NCBI GenBank assembly: GCA_938006875.1
Contig: CALLMJ010000055.1
Location: 918 to 64,917, forward strand
Reading direction: 5' to 3'
Origin: an uncultured Bacteroidia bacterium
GTDB taxonomy: Bacteria > Bacteroidota > Bacteroidia > J057 > CALLMJ01
Length of the DNA stretch: 64,000 nt
Below the pieces are notes generated by a model, which saw only the letters and a program-made list of their open reading frames with translations, ran no database searches and had not been told where the DNA came from. A program made the translations under genes and the position numbers. Positions 26,467-37,585 of this stretch are shown piece after piece. Position 1 is the first letter of the stretch. Every line of letters begins with the position of its first letter.

Positions 26467-27966
26467 ATGGAAAACTTGCCGGATTTAGTAGAAAATTTAG
26501 AAAAAAACGAAAAAACTCAATTTAAAAAATATCTATCTCTACACTCAGAAAAAGACAGTAAATATCTTCAACTCTTTGAATTAGTTGAAAAAAAACCAGA
26601 AATTACCAATGAAGAAGCCATGAAAAAATTATACGGCAAAAGCACAAAATCCTATTTTATGCTAAAAAGCCGATTAGTAGATAAAATATTAGATTTTCTA
26701 ACCCTAGATAACAATCTTGAAATTGACGATGAACGCCTCACGGTAAGTTATCAATCCATTATTTTACGTAAAAAATTTATAAAAGCTCAAATTTTATGGG
26801 AAAGGGGCATTAGAAGTGATATTCTTGAAGAAATTTTATTAGAAATTTTAGAACAAACTTTAGATATTTATGCTCATGATATTGCTTTAGAAGCTGCTTT
26901 ATATCTTAGAAGAATCAATTTTAATTATCAAAGCAAAGGAAAAAATATTAACGATATTATCAATGAATTACGTAAAGCTTATAATGCAGAAATTTTAGCG
27001 GGTGAAGTTTTTTCTTTTTATGCTCAAAATGCAGAAAAATTATCATCAGTTCAAGAAATTAAAAATCATTTTGATAGGCTTATGCCCGAACTCCATCAAG
27101 CTATTCAAGGTGTCAATAGCCCAAGAGCTGAATGGATTTATTTCTATACCGTTTCAGAGGAACAAAGAGTAAGCCACCAATTTAAAAATGCTTATGAAAG
27201 CATAATGAAATGTATTCAAATTGCAGAACAACACCCCAAAGTGGTTTCTCATCTACAGTTTGGGAATTTTTATTACCGTAAAGCCGTAATTCTATATCAA
27301 AATTTACAATTAGAAGAAGCGAAAATAGATTTCCAAAAAGCATTTAATTTATATCCTGCCAAAAGAATGAATTCCTACATCGTCAAAAAATATTTGGCCA
27401 TCATAGAACTTTTACAAGGAAATCTCCAAATTGCAAAACAAATTTTACAAGAACTCATAAACCCTGAATCCGAAAAAATGATGCCTTATCATACCAACCT
27501 TTGTAAAATTTACTTGGCAGTAGCTTATTTCATGGAAAAAGATTACAAAAAAGCTTGGTTTATTTTACCTGAATTAGATTTTCTTTTAGAAGATAAGGGC
27601 GGTTTTCATGGTTTTATTAGAATTTTAGAATTAATTTTACTCATTGAAAAAGAAGATTTTGAAATGGTCAATTTAAAATTGGATAGTTTTAGAAAATATT
27701 TAAAAAAATACAACCAAAACCATGACTATTTTAATTTGGTTTATCAAGTTTTTAATAAATTAAATGGAATTTCCTATGATTATAAAGCATTTAAAAAAGA
27801 TGATTTATTTCAAATGTTATCCAATAGTTACTGGGACCCCTTAGATTATGAACCTATTCAATTGTATTCTTGGCTCTTAAGCAAACAAATTCAAAAAGAC
27901 TATTTTACTGTATGGAAGGATACCTTAAAAACCTTATCAGAACAAAAGAGAACTTTATTTTTCTGA
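26467..27966 (+). CDS. hypothetical helical-repeat (TPR-like) protein; distant paralog of 46995-48389
   Basis: All-alpha, K/E/L-rich, with several TPR-like A...Y...A pairs. I start it at ATG 26467 because the track's TTG at 26446 lies inside a TATTTTTG -7 box. Confidence 0.5.
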   Translation: MENLPDLVENLEKNEKTQFKKYLSLHSEKDSKYLQLFELVEKKPEITNEEAMKKLYGKSTKSYFMLKSRLVDKILDFLTLDNNLEIDDERLTVSYQSIILRKKFIKAQILWERGIRSDILEEILLEILEQTLDIYAHDIALEAALYLRRINFNYQSKGKNINDIINELRKAYNAEILAGEVFSFYAQNAEKLSSVQEIKNHFDRLMPELHQAIQGVNSPRAEWIYFYTVSEEQRVSHQFKNAYESIMKCIQIAEQHPKVVSHLQFGNFYYRKAVILYQNLQLEEAKIDFQKAFNLYPAKRMNSYIVKKYLAIIELLQGNLQIAKQILQELINPESEKMMPYHTNLCKIYLAVAYFMEKDYKKAWFILPELDFLLEDKGGFHGFIRILELILLIEKEDFEMVNLKLDSFRKYLKKYNQNHDYFNLVYQVFNKLNGISYDYKAFKKDDLFQMLSNSYWDPLDYEPIQLYSWLLSKQIQKDYFTVWKDTLKTLSEQKRTLFF

Positions 27967-30176
27967 CCTCTTTTTACCTTGTCTCTGCTTTATTTGCTTT
28001 TCTTATCATAAAAAATGTAGGAAAACCTAGTATTTTGCCAGTTTTAGAAAATACGATTTTAATTCCATCTGATGATGGTTTAGTATGGAAAAATACTCAT
28101 AAAGGTCTTGTTTTACAAGAAATTCATAATCCTTATGTAAATCAATTAGAAATTGGAGATATTCTCATCAAAATTGACCAACAACCTATTTTTTTTACAG
28201 AATCTTTAACTGAAATTTTAAAAAGTTTACCGCCAGGAAGTGTAATGATGTACCAAGTAAAAAGACCTTCTGCTAACAATGATTTGATACAAGTTTTAGT
28301 ACGAACCTACCCTAAAGTCATTTTCAAGCCAGAAACTAATCTTTTTCAGTGGATATATCAAATATTGAATTTAGCCTGTTTATTTTCAGGAATTTTCTTG
28401 TCCCTTTTAGTATATCCTTTCATTAATAGAGGAATTGAATCCCTTAAACTTTACATATTCGTAATTTTTACCATTTTATTTAACCTTTTGTATCTTCTTT
28501 TAGATTTTCAACCTACCATTTACCAAGAAAATACCGAAATTTATTTCAATTATTTAGGCTGGATTTTTTCTGTATTATTTTTATTAGCAGCAGCATTTTC
28601 TTTACGATGGAAATCTTTTTATTGGGATCTACCGTTAGACATTTTATTATCATTTGTGATTTTATATTTTGTAATTTTACAAAAGAATTTAATCTCTTAT
28701 CAAAATGAAATCTTAATTCTTACCTCAGTAATTTTTGTAAAATCCTTATGGTTAAATCTTCATTATGAAAATAATCATAATCCTATCATACACTCTGGAA
28801 TCACAAGCATATGTATTCTAGGACTTATTTTTTTCCCTAATGATTATACATTTACTTTTTTATGGATTTACTTACTGGCATTTAAAATCTATTGGATTTA
28901 CCGTTATCTAAAAATTAGTAAAGTAAATTTAGTTGCTCAACAATTCATACTCATCATAGTTCTTGTTGCAGTATTTAGTATTAGTTACTCATTATCAGGG
29001 TTAGTTTCTAAACAGTTTCCTTATGATTTTCAGAACATTATTAAAATTATTTTAAGTTTAACAGTGAGTTTATTGGTCGTTTATGTTTTATTTATAAACA
29101 AAAATTGGTGGAAAAAATGGCTTTTTTTTTCATTTGAAAACCGTGTAGAAAAACTCCAAAAATTTCAAATTTCTATGACTAACTACCTTCACAAAGAACA
29201 ACTATTACAAGATTTTCATAAAGAAATTGATGATTTTTTAGGTGAAGTTAAGTTGGAAATTTATTTAGAAATTGATGAAAAAAACCCTTATTATTCCTTA
29301 TTACCTTATTTAAATTCCAACACCTTCTGGTCAAAATCAAAAGAATTGATTAAAAATCCTATCAATATACCTGAAAATTTGACTCCCATAATAGATTCCG
29401 ATATAGAATTAATATTCCCTTTGATATTCTCTAACGAAAAAAAAGGGCTCGTTTTAATTGGTAAGAAAAAAGATGGATATTACAACTTAGAAGAAGCTGA
29501 AATTTTACAAAGAACTATTATTCAATTATCCTTGATAATCAATCTTTTAAGTTTATTAGAAAAAGAAAAACTTTTAATGCAAAAAACCTTAGAAGCAAAC
29601 CTAACTGCATTGCGTTCTCAAATCAACCCACATTTTTTGTTCAATACTTTAAATACCATTTCTTCCTTAATTCATGATTCACCTGATTTAGCAGAAGAAG
29701 CCGTAGAACATTTAGCATTTATTTTTAGATATACTTTAAAAACCTCCAACGAACAATTTGCTACATTAAAAGATGAAATGCAACTTATTCAGCATTATTT
29801 GGATATTGAAAAAATACGATTTGGAAAAAGATTAAATATAGAAATTCAAATTGAAGAATGTTGCTTGGAATATTTAATTCCGTCATTAGTCATACAAACC
29901 CTCGTAGAAAACTGCATTAAACATGGTATCAGTAAACTCACAAAAGATGGTATCATCAAAATACAATTTTACAAAGAAAACCATTTTTTAACGGGGATTA
30001 TTTATGATAACGGACCAGGAATAAAAATGGAAAACATCTATAAAGGTACGGGTCTTAGCAATATTCTAACCCGTTTAGATCAAATTTATGAAAAAAAGCA
30101 TGAAATACATTTAGAAAATACAGGAAATGGAACCCAAATAACCATCAAAATACCCATCCATACAATACTTATTTGA
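27912..30176 (+). CDS. membrane sensor histidine kinase, LytS/YehU type, with N-terminal PDZ-like domain
   Basis: LRSQINPHFLFNTLNTISSLI (His_kinase PF06580-type H box) and an HATPase (ENCIKHG...DNGPGI...GTGLSNILTRL). About 8 TM helices. The extracytoplasmic segment EIGDILIKIDQQPI...PPGSVMMYQVKR is PDZ-like. The start is uncertain: ATG 27912 overlaps the upstream gene by 55 nt. Confidence 0.75.
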   Translation: MEGYLKNLIRTKENFIFLTSFYLVSALFAFLIIKNVGKPSILPVLENTILIPSDDGLVWKNTHKGLVLQEIHNPYVNQLEIGDILIKIDQQPIFFTESLTEILKSLPPGSVMMYQVKRPSANNDLIQVLVRTYPKVIFKPETNLFQWIYQILNLACLFSGIFLSLLVYPFINRGIESLKLYIFVIFTILFNLLYLLLDFQPTIYQENTEIYFNYLGWIFSVLFLLAAAFSLRWKSFYWDLPLDILLSFVILYFVILQKNLISYQNEILILTSVIFVKSLWLNLHYENNHNPIIHSGITSICILGLIFFPNDYTFTFLWIYLLAFKIYWIYRYLKISKVNLVAQQFILIIVLVAVFSISYSLSGLVSKQFPYDFQNIIKIILSLTVSLLVVYVLFINKNWWKKWLFFSFENRVEKLQKFQISMTNYLHKEQLLQDFHKEIDDFLGEVKLEIYLEIDEKNPYYSLLPYLNSNTFWSKSKELIKNPINIPENLTPIIDSDIELIFPLIFSNEKKGLVLIGKKKDGYYNLEEAEILQRTIIQLSLIINLLSLLEKEKLLMQKTLEANLTALRSQINPHFLFNTLNTISSLIHDSPDLAEEAVEHLAFIFRYTLKTSNEQFATLKDEMQLIQHYLDIEKIRFGKRLNIEIQIEECCLEYLIPSLVIQTLVENCIKHGISKLTKDGIIKIQFYKENHFLTGIIYDNGPGIKMENIYKGTGLSNILTRLDQIYEKKHEIHLENTGNGTQITIKIPIHTILI

Positions 30177-30282
30177 ACTCAATATATCACAATCCTTTTT
30201 TTGCATCGGTAAACTCAGCATCAAAAGTCAGTGCCACTACATGCTTTTCAAATCTCTAACGTTTAATAATGAAATAAATTTC

Positions 30283-31239
30283 TTATTCCGTCTCTAACTT
30301 GGATTGAGAAAGTAAATAAAAATAACCTATTGCTCCCGTGATAATTAAAATAATTAACTGGGGAGTATGGATAATCAAAGCCAAAGCTTCACCATCTGAT
30401 TTAGCATAACCAAATGCTACCATGGTCCAAATTACAGCGTTATGAAAAGGACCCAATCCACCGGGAACGGGAATAGTCATTCCAATTCCTCCCATAATGG
30501 TAATAATAAAAGCTAATTGAAAACCAATTGATTGTGTATTTGGCAAAATGAGTGTTCCAAAATAGGTTGAGAGGACATAAAAAAACCAAATTAGACCTGT
30601 ACTCAGCAAAAATAAAAAAGGACTTTTTAAGTTTTTGATGCTCATTGCTGACGTTAAAATAGTACTTACAAATTCAAGAATTTTGTTCAAAATGGAAATT
30701 TTACGCCAAGAATTTTGAGTTTTCCAAACCAAAACCCAACCTGCTAAACCTAATAAAACAAAAATAAGGAAATAAAAAAAAGAAAAACTTGGCATATACT
30801 GAACAAAGTAACCCACTAATTTTTGATATTCTAAAACAAAAGCCAGAATAATTAACAAACCTAAGCTCAAAACATCAATAGCCCTTTCCGTAAAAACAGT
30901 ACCAGCTAAAGTAGCAAAAGGTGCTTGGGTTTTAGTAGTTAAAACGGTACATCTAGCCACTTCACCCATTCTTGGAGCTCCAGCATTTGCCATATAACCC
31001 ACCAAAACTGCTGCAAAAGCATCAAAGGTTTTAATAGGTTTCCCTGCGGCTTCTATTAGCATTTTCCATCTCCATGCTCGTACATAATGTGAAGAAAGAG
31101 ATACCAATAAACTCATCAATAACCACCAATAATTACCATTTGCTAGATTTTCTTGAAGCAACTGATAATTCATATCTTTGAATGCAAAATATAATAATGC
31201 TATTCCTAGAAAAGCTCCAAGAACATACTTCCAGTTCAT
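30283..31239 (-). CDS. UPF0104 / lysyl-phosphatidylglycerol-synthase-TM-like (flippase-like) membrane protein
   Basis: Polytopic. The N-terminus LLYFAFKDMNYQLL...WWLLMSLLVSLSSHYVRAWRWKMLI is typical of this family (from memory). Confidence 0.55.
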   Translation of the reverse strand: MNWKYVLGAFLGIALLYFAFKDMNYQLLQENLANGNYWWLLMSLLVSLSSHYVRAWRWKMLIEAAGKPIKTFDAFAAVLVGYMANAGAPRMGEVARCTVLTTKTQAPFATLAGTVFTERAIDVLSLGLLIILAFVLEYQKLVGYFVQYMPSFSFFYFLIFVLLGLAGWVLVWKTQNSWRKISILNKILEFVSTILTSAMSIKNLKSPFLFLLSTGLIWFFYVLSTYFGTLILPNTQSIGFQLAFIITIMGGIGMTIPVPGGLGPFHNAVIWTMVAFGYAKSDGEALALIIHTPQLIILIITGAIGYFYLLSQSKLETE

Positions 31240-31303
31240 TCTGCAAAGTTATATATAATAAAGTTTATAACTTACAAAATTTCAAAAAAAATTGAAACAA
31301 CAA

Positions 31304-32695
31304 TTAATAACTAAAAAATGAATAATTACCTCTTGAACCATCTTTATTAAAACCCTCTATCATAACCCTTCCACGCTGATTAATAGCATTTTCTAACTCC
31401 TCAATAGAATGAATAAGTTGGTTATTGACTCTATAAATGATAAAACCTTCAGGCAAACGCATTTGTGCCAACCTACCTTGACCTAAACTAATAATTTTAA
31501 AGCCCCCTTCAATTTTTAGTTTATTTTTTTCAAATTTGGTAATAGGTTGCAATTCAGCTCCTAAAGTTTTAGAAAAAATAGAAGTTTTTTTTACAATTTT
31601 AGTTTCTCCATCTTCATTTTGTAATGTTAGATTAACTTCCAAAATTTTATTTTTTCTTTGAACTTGTAACTTTACAACATCACCGGGTCTTGTTAATGCA
31701 ATAGATTCATAAAAATCAGCTTTTGATAAAATTTCTTTTTGATTAACTTTTGTAATTATATCACCTAATTCTAACTTCGCTTTATCAAAACTTCCTTCAG
31801 GATAAATTTCTGAAATATAAACCCCAAAATAACTTTCAAGTTGCTGAGATTTTGCAAAATTTTCTTCAATGTCTTCCACAGTCCCACCATAAAAGCTTCT
31901 TTGAACTACCTGATATTCATATAAATCTCTTACTACTTTTTTTACAATATTCACAGGGATTGCAAAGCCATATCCATTATAAGCACCAGAATTAGACATA
32001 ATTGCAGTATTAATACCCACTAATTCTCCTTTTGTATTTATTAAAGGACCTCCAGAATTCCCCGGATTAATAGCGGCATCAGTTTGAATAAAAGATTCAA
32101 TAGGAAACTGAGATTTTACTACATTAATATTACGACCTTTTGCACTTACTATACCTGCTGTAACAGTAGAAGTAAGTTCAAAAGGATTTCCAATTGCTAG
32201 GACCCACTCCCCAATGAGTAAATCATCAGAATTTCCTAATGCAATAGGCTTTAAATTATTGGCTTGAATTTTTAAAATGGCTAAATCTGAGCTTGGGTCA
32301 GTACCTAAAACTTGAGCCTTATATGAGCGTTTATTAGGTAAAGTAACCGTAATTTCATCAGCATTTTCAATTACATGAAAATTCGTTACAATGATACCGT
32401 CGGCAGAATAAATTACTCCTGTTCCGGCATTAGTAGCTTCCCTTTGATTACCCCAAAAATCCCAAAAATCCCAAAAATTATTTCTAACAACTCTCTGTGA
32501 CCTTGACTTAATAGAAACAACAGATTGCTTGCCAATAATTGAAGGCTTTGTAAAATCAATTACATTTTCAAATTTTTCATAATCAACAGGTTTAATTATA
32601 GGATTAGAATAATTAGTAAAATTCCAAAAATGATATATTCCCAAAACCATTAACCCGCCCAAAATTCCACCTAAAAAAGATTGAAAACGCTGCAT
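31304..32695 (-). CDS. htrA: HtrA/DegP/DegQ-family periplasmic serine protease with PDZ domains
   Basis: Catalytic triad context TNFHVI (His), SDLAILKI (Asp), GNSGGPLIN (Ser). PDZ-like [12 protein letters not shown] follows. N-terminal anchor. Confidence 0.85.
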   Translation of the reverse strand: MQRFQSFLGGILGGLMVLGIYHFWNFTNYSNPIIKPVDYEKFENVIDFTKPSIIGKQSVVSIKSRSQRVVRNNFWDFWDFWGNQREATNAGTGVIYSADGIIVTNFHVIENADEITVTLPNKRSYKAQVLGTDPSSDLAILKIQANNLKPIALGNSDDLLIGEWVLAIGNPFELTSTVTAGIVSAKGRNINVVKSQFPIESFIQTDAAINPGNSGGPLINTKGELVGINTAIMSNSGAYNGYGFAIPVNIVKKVVRDLYEYQVVQRSFYGGTVEDIEENFAKSQQLESYFGVYISEIYPEGSFDKAKLELGDIITKVNQKEILSKADFYESIALTRPGDVVKLQVQRKNKILEVNLTLQNEDGETKIVKKTSIFSKTLGAELQPITKFEKNKLKIEGGFKIISLGQGRLAQMRLPEGFIIYRVNNQLIHSIEELENAINQRGRVMIEGFNKDGSRGNYSFFSY

Positions 32696-32719
32696 AATTC
32701 AAATTCAATCACAAAAATA

Positions 32720-32750
32720 AAAAACCGCCTTAAAAAAAGACGGTTTTTTT
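32720..32750 (-). terminator. weak hairpin with T-run between the OmpA-family gene and htrA
   Basis: AAAAACCG...CGGTTTTT is an 8-bp stem with only 3 G:C pairs and a 13-nt loop. T-runs are present on both strands. Confidence 0.35.
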
Positions 32751-32767
32751 GAAAAATTTAAGAAATC

Positions 32768-34780
32768 TTATTTTTTGGGTTTATAATTGAAAGTATTAAT
32801 TCTAAATTCAGTTCTTCTGTTTGCTTGCTCGTCAGCGTCTGATAATTCAGGATAAACAGCGGGTTGAGATTCCCCAAAACCAAAAGAATCTAATCTATCT
32901 TTGTCAATACCCGCTTGGATTAAATAATCAACCACTGATTTTGCTCTTCTTTGAGAAAGCTTAATATTATATTTTTCGGAACCGTTGGTATCTGTATGAG
33001 AACCAATTTGAATAGTAATACCAGGATTATCATTGAGTAATTTCACTAATTTATCCAATTCTACTTTAGATTCTGGTCTTAAATCTGATTTATCAAAATC
33101 ATAGTAAATATTTTGTAAAACAATAGGTTTACCTAACTCAATTCTTTCTAAGAAGATGTCAATATCTTTTTCAAGATCTGTAGTAACTTTTATACCTTTA
33201 GTAGAAACAAACTCTTCATTTGCTAAATATTCGGGCGCATTACCCACCACTTTGTAATCAGATTCTTTTTCTAAGGGGAATTTATAAGCAGCGGTTTGGT
33301 CAGTTTTAAAGGTATCAATAGGAATTAAATTACCCTCTTGAATTCTAAAAAGAGTTACAGTAGCAAAAGGAATAGGTTGTTTGGTTTTTTTGTCTCTCAC
33401 TACACCATGAACAGATAATTCAATGGGAGGTCTATAAATAAATCTCATTAAGTAGATGTCATCTGAACCCTTTCCAGGTCTATTGGAAGCAAAATAACCT
33501 AATGAATCTTGGAATAACCAATAAACACTAAAATCATCATCAGCAGAATTGGGACCGTAACCTAAATCTTTGGGTTCGTTCCAAGTACTTAAAGCTCCCT
33601 CCGCATAATAAATATCATAACCACCAAAACCTAATCTACCATCAGAAGAAAAATACATAGTTTTTCCATCTTTTGCTATATGCGGGTGTGTTTCATTAAA
33701 TGGTGTATTGATGGATTTACCACAATTTACAGGGGTACTCCAAGCATTACCAATTTTTTGCGAATACCAAATATCTAATTCACCTTCACCGCCGGGTCTA
33801 TCAGAAACAAAATACATTGTAGAACCGTCAGGAGAGAGAGTAGGTTGAGCATCATAAGTAGGAACTTTTTTGACTTTTCCTCTTGAGTTCACAACCACTT
33901 CATGCTGCCCATTAATACCTTCTACTAATGAACCTTTGCCCCAAGTTTTGGATTCTGGATTGAAGGTTGATTGATAGATACTACAACCATGATGTTTTCC
34001 TTGTTTTCCTTTGCCACAAATCGTAAAATATAGAGTTTTCCCGTCAGGAGCAATTACACCATTTCCATCATTTGCTTTTGTATTAATGCGTTTGCCAAGA
34101 TTTTCTACTTTACTAAATGTAGAATCTGTTTCTCTTTTCGCAATAAATAAATCAGAAAAACGTTCTTCACCATTTTCACGGAATTTGTCTTTACCACCTT
34201 TAACACCTTTTCTATGGGAAGTAAAAATCATAAAAGAATCCCCTTTTACAGAATAAATAATAGGACTAAAATCCCCTGAACCAGAATTAATATTAATTTC
34301 TGTTATAGTATATTTTGGATCTTGTTTTTTGGCAACATCAGCATAATCGCAACCCTTAATTTCTAATTCCGCATGTTCACGGAAATAATCATTATGGTCA
34401 TACTTTTCTAAAAATGTTTGAAAAGCTGATTTTGCTTCTGCATAACGCTCTTCTCTTTTTAAAGCAAGACCCAAATCAAAATAAGTAGTATCATTGTGTT
34501 CAGGATCTTGATTAATCACAGCTTCATACCATTTAATACAATCATCTAATTGATGTAAATACCAATAACATCTAGCAATTTTACGCATTGCATAGGTATT
34601 ATTAGGGTCTAATTTTAAAACTTCTTTATAAATTTCAGCAGCTTCAGCACTATGACGACGCATAAATAGATGATCTGCTTTTTTCATAAGGTGTTTGACC
34701 TTGTGATTTTGCTGCGCAAACAACTCAGGTTGTATGGTACTAAACGCAATAACTAGTATTAAAAATATTCTCTTCAACAT
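32768..34780 (-). CDS. OmpA-family protein with TPR, TolB-like (PD40) propeller and CarboxypepD_reg-like regions
   Basis: The C-terminus NIYYDFDKSDLRPES...IQIGSHTDTNGSEKYNIKLSQRRAKSVVDYL is the OmpA_C peptidoglycan-binding domain. Upstream are DG.T.YF(T/S/V)S repeats. The start is moved to Met37 (34780), which gives the signal peptide MLKRIFLILVIAFS. Confidence 0.8.
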   Translation of the reverse strand: MLKRIFLILVIAFSTIQPELFAQQNHKVKHLMKKADHLFMRRHSAEAAEIYKEVLKLDPNNTYAMRKIARCYWYLHQLDDCIKWYEAVINQDPEHNDTTYFDLGLALKREERYAEAKSAFQTFLEKYDHNDYFREHAELEIKGCDYADVAKKQDPKYTITEININSGSGDFSPIIYSVKGDSFMIFTSHRKGVKGGKDKFRENGEERFSDLFIAKRETDSTFSKVENLGKRINTKANDGNGVIAPDGKTLYFTICGKGKQGKHHGCSIYQSTFNPESKTWGKGSLVEGINGQHEVVVNSRGKVKKVPTYDAQPTLSPDGSTMYFVSDRPGGEGELDIWYSQKIGNAWSTPVNCGKSINTPFNETHPHIAKDGKTMYFSSDGRLGFGGYDIYYAEGALSTWNEPKDLGYGPNSADDDFSVYWLFQDSLGYFASNRPGKGSDDIYLMRFIYRPPIELSVHGVVRDKKTKQPIPFATVTLFRIQEGNLIPIDTFKTDQTAAYKFPLEKESDYKVVGNAPEYLANEEFVSTKGIKVTTDLEKDIDIFLERIELGKPIVLQNIYYDFDKSDLRPESKVELDKLVKLLNDNPGITIQIGSHTDTNGSEKYNIKLSQRRAKSVVDYLIQAGIDKDRLDSFGFGESQPAVYPELSDADEQANRRTEFRINTFNYKPKK

Positions 34781-34973
34781 TGGACAAACGAATTTACGGG
34801 TATATTCCAATTTCACTTTAAAATTAACTGCAAACTTAAATAATTTACTTTTAATGATACAAAAATTTTTCAAAAAATTTTTAAACAATTTTTATAAAGA
34901 CCAATCTTTATGCGATTTTGGCAATTATTTTTTTACTTATTCTCAAAAAAATACATTTAGCATAATCATTCGT

Positions 34974-35666
34974 TCAGAATCCATTCTTAGATAAATAATC
35001 CGCTAATATCAAATCTATGATTGTAGTAATTTTGATATTTTCAGGTATATAATTTATATGATAAACAGGTTTTTGGAAATAGCTTTCATACAATGAAGCG
35101 TCATCAGTAAAATTTTGAGATGTGTGAATATAAGCTTCATAAATATCTGAAAATAAAAACCCTTGAGGAGTTTGTACTTCTAGATAATCAGCTCTATCTA
35201 CTACATGAGTACCTTTTTCAGTAATTTTTCTTAATGAATTTTTTACTGGGCAAGTAGTTATTAAATTTTGGGATTCTTTTAATTTAAAAATAAATTTCTC
35301 TAAAAATTCTTTTGAAACAAATGGACGAACCGCATCATGAATTAAAACTAAACCTGAATAGTTCGGTTCTGTATTTTGAATTGCTTGAAGCCCATTTCTT
35401 ACAGAATCCGTCCTATGCTCACCTCCATAAGCAATTTTAATTCCTTGAATATCGTATTCTTGAAGTAAAGAATTTAACTTAGAAAGTTGTTCTTCTTTAA
35501 CAGTAATCACTATGTCTTTGGGATTACAAACCTCTAAAAATCTTTGAATAGTATGGATAATAATAGGTTTTTGATTGATGAGTAAAAACTGTTTTGCTAT
35601 ATTTTTACCCATTCTTTTTCCAACACCACCAGCAACAATTATAACTTTAATATTATCAAAAATCAT
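34974..35666 (-). CDS. ispD: 2-C-methyl-D-erythritol 4-phosphate cytidylyltransferase
   Basis: VIIVAGGVGKRMG, HDAVRPF and EVQTPQGF motifs. 230 aa. Confidence 0.85.
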   Translation of the reverse strand: MIFDNIKVIIVAGGVGKRMGKNIAKQFLLINQKPIIIHTIQRFLEVCNPKDIVITVKEEQLSKLNSLLQEYDIQGIKIAYGGEHRTDSVRNGLQAIQNTEPNYSGLVLIHDAVRPFVSKEFLEKFIFKLKESQNLITTCPVKNSLRKITEKGTHVVDRADYLEVQTPQGFLFSDIYEAYIHTSQNFTDDASLYESYFQKPVYHINYIPENIKITTIIDLILADYLSKNGF

Positions 35667-35687
35667 GGAATATTTTTGTTTACAAAT

Positions 35688-36737
35688 TTATAAAATTAGC
35701 ATGGCATCACCATAACAAAAGAAACGATATTTTTCTTTAATTGCTTCATTGTAAACATGCATACAAAATTCATGCTCCATAAAAGCCGAAACCATCATTA
35801 GCATAGTAGATTTAGGGGGATGAAATTGGGTTACCATAGAATTAGCTATATTAAAATCGTAAGGAGGAAAAATAAATTTATCTGACCATCCTTTACCAGG
35901 TTTTAACAATTTTGAAGCAGATACATTAGACTCTAATGCTCTTATTACAGTAGTACCCACAGCACAAACTTTCTTTTTATCAAGTTTAGCTTTATTTACG
36001 CTTTCAGCCACTTCAATGGGAATATCATAATATTCAGAATCCATTTTATGTTTAGATAAATCTTCAACTTCAACATCTCTAAAACTAGCATAGCCGGTAT
36101 GCAAAGTAATATTATGTTTTTCTACTCCTTTAATATCTAAACGTACTAAAATTTCTCGGGTAAAATAAAAACCTGCAGAAGGTGCTGCAACAGATCCTTT
36201 ATTTTTAGCAAACAAGGTTTGATAATATTTTCTATCTAAATCATTGGGTTTACGAACAATGTAATTAGGTAAAGGCATAACACCAAGATTATCAATGATT
36301 TGTTCAAATTGATTATAATCTCCTTCAAATAAAAAACGAATAGTTCTACCTTTTGCTGTTGTATTATCCACCACCTCAGCCACTAACTCATTTTTATTTC
36401 CAAAATATAATTTATTTCCTACCCTAATTTTTCTTGCTGGATCTACCACTACATCCCAAAGGCGTGTCTCTCTGTTTAATTCTCTCAAAAGAAAAACTTC
36501 AATTTTAGCTCCAGTTCTTTCTTTTTTACCATAAAGACGCGCAGGAAATACTTTTGAATCATTTAAGATGATAACGTCTCCTTCATCAAAATATTGTATA
36601 ATATCCTTAAATTGTTTGTGTTCTATAGTTTTATTTTTCCTATTTACCACTAATAGCCTTGCCTCATCTCTATTTTCTAAAGGGGTTTGAGCAATTAATT
36701 CATCAGGAATTTCATAATTAAAATCCGACAACTTCAT
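35688..36737 (-). CDS. queA: S-adenosylmethionine:tRNA ribosyltransferase-isomerase
   Basis: [31 protein letters not shown] and [25 protein letters not shown]-terminal [10 protein letters not shown]. Canonical QueA. Confidence 0.9.
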   Translation of the reverse strand: MKLSDFNYEIPDELIAQTPLENRDEARLLVVNRKNKTIEHKQFKDIIQYFDEGDVIILNDSKVFPARLYGKKERTGAKIEVFLLRELNRETRLWDVVVDPARKIRVGNKLYFGNKNELVAEVVDNTTAKGRTIRFLFEGDYNQFEQIIDNLGVMPLPNYIVRKPNDLDRKYYQTLFAKNKGSVAAPSAGFYFTREILVRLDIKGVEKHNITLHTGYASFRDVEVEDLSKHKMDSEYYDIPIEVAESVNKAKLDKKKVCAVGTTVIRALESNVSASKLLKPGKGWSDKFIFPPYDFNIANSMVTQFHPPKSTMLMMVSAFMEHEFCMHVYNEAIKEKYRFFCYGDAMLIL

Positions 36738-36817
36738 ATTTCAAAAAATGTTACGCAAGTTATAACTTTAAAAATGCGTTTGTCAATAGTTTAATTAAAA
36801 AATTTGAAAATGTATCA

Positions 36818-37585
36818 TCATTTATTTACAAACTCAATTACAGCTATGTAAAACTCTTTAGGTTTTTCTGCATGAACCCAGTGTCCAGCACCATGAATAA
36901 CCTTTAATTCAGCATTAGGAAATAAACTTTTAATTTCTGACCAACGTTCTTCTATTATATATTTAGAATTTTCACCTTTAATAAAACAAGTTGGTTTTTC
37001 AAATATTTTTCCATTTACAGGTTTTAGAATCTGTTCATAATTATCTAACAAAGACTCCAAATAAAAACGCCATTGATATTTTTCATTTTCATAAAACAAA
37101 CTTTTCATAATAAACTGACGAGTATCCCATTCTTGAATATATTTTTTTAAAGCTTCATCTATTTCTTCCCTTTTGGTATAATTATTTAATTGAATATTTT
37201 GAAGCGCCTCTAGAACGATTTGATGATGATGATTGTAAGCATAAGGAGCCATATCCGCTACTATTAACTTACTCACTAAATTTGGATAATACATTGCAAA
37301 TTGCATTACCACTTTACCACCCATAGAATGACCCAATAGAATAGCTTCCTCAATTTTATGGTAATCCATAAATTCATATAAATCATCTACCAAAATATCA
37401 TAATTAAACTCATAAGCATGAGGTGAACGACCATGATTTCTTTGGTCTATTGTCCATACATAAAAATATTCTGAAAATTGTTTTGCTAAGGTATGCCAAT
37501 TATCTGCTGAACCCAAAAATCCATGTAAAATTATTAAATCAGGATTTTTAGAATCCCCATAAGTTTTATAATTTAAAGCTAACAT
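36818..37585 (-). CDS. alpha/beta-fold hydrolase (YbfF-like esterase)
   Basis: HGFLGS, nucleophile elbow GHSMGG, C-terminal GAGHWVHAE. Confidence 0.75.
   Translation of the reverse strand: MLALNYKTYGDSKNPDLIILHGFLGSADNWHTLAKQFSEYFYVWTIDQRNHGRSPHAYEFNYDILVDDLYEFMDYHKIEEAILLGHSMGGKVVMQFAMYYPNLVSKLIVADMAPYAYNHHHQIVLEALQNIQLNNYTKREEIDEALKKYIQEWDTRQFIMKSLFYENEKYQWRFYLESLLDNYEQILKPVNGKIFEKPTCFIKGENSKYIIEERWSEIKSLFPNAELKVIHGAGHWVHAEKPKEFYIAVIEFVNK

Noticed and set aside
30187-30255. GC-richer stretch between the convergent kinase and UPF0104 genes, reading RFEKHVVALTFDAEFTDAKKGL-stop on the minus strand
   Set aside because: Only 22 codons, with no start codon and a stop immediately upstream. It could be a gene remnant, but I cannot support any call.
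34781-34888. 36-codon N-terminal extension of the OmpA-family ORF
   Set aside because: Met37 begins a canonical signal peptide, whereas the extension is K/F/N-rich spacer sequence.
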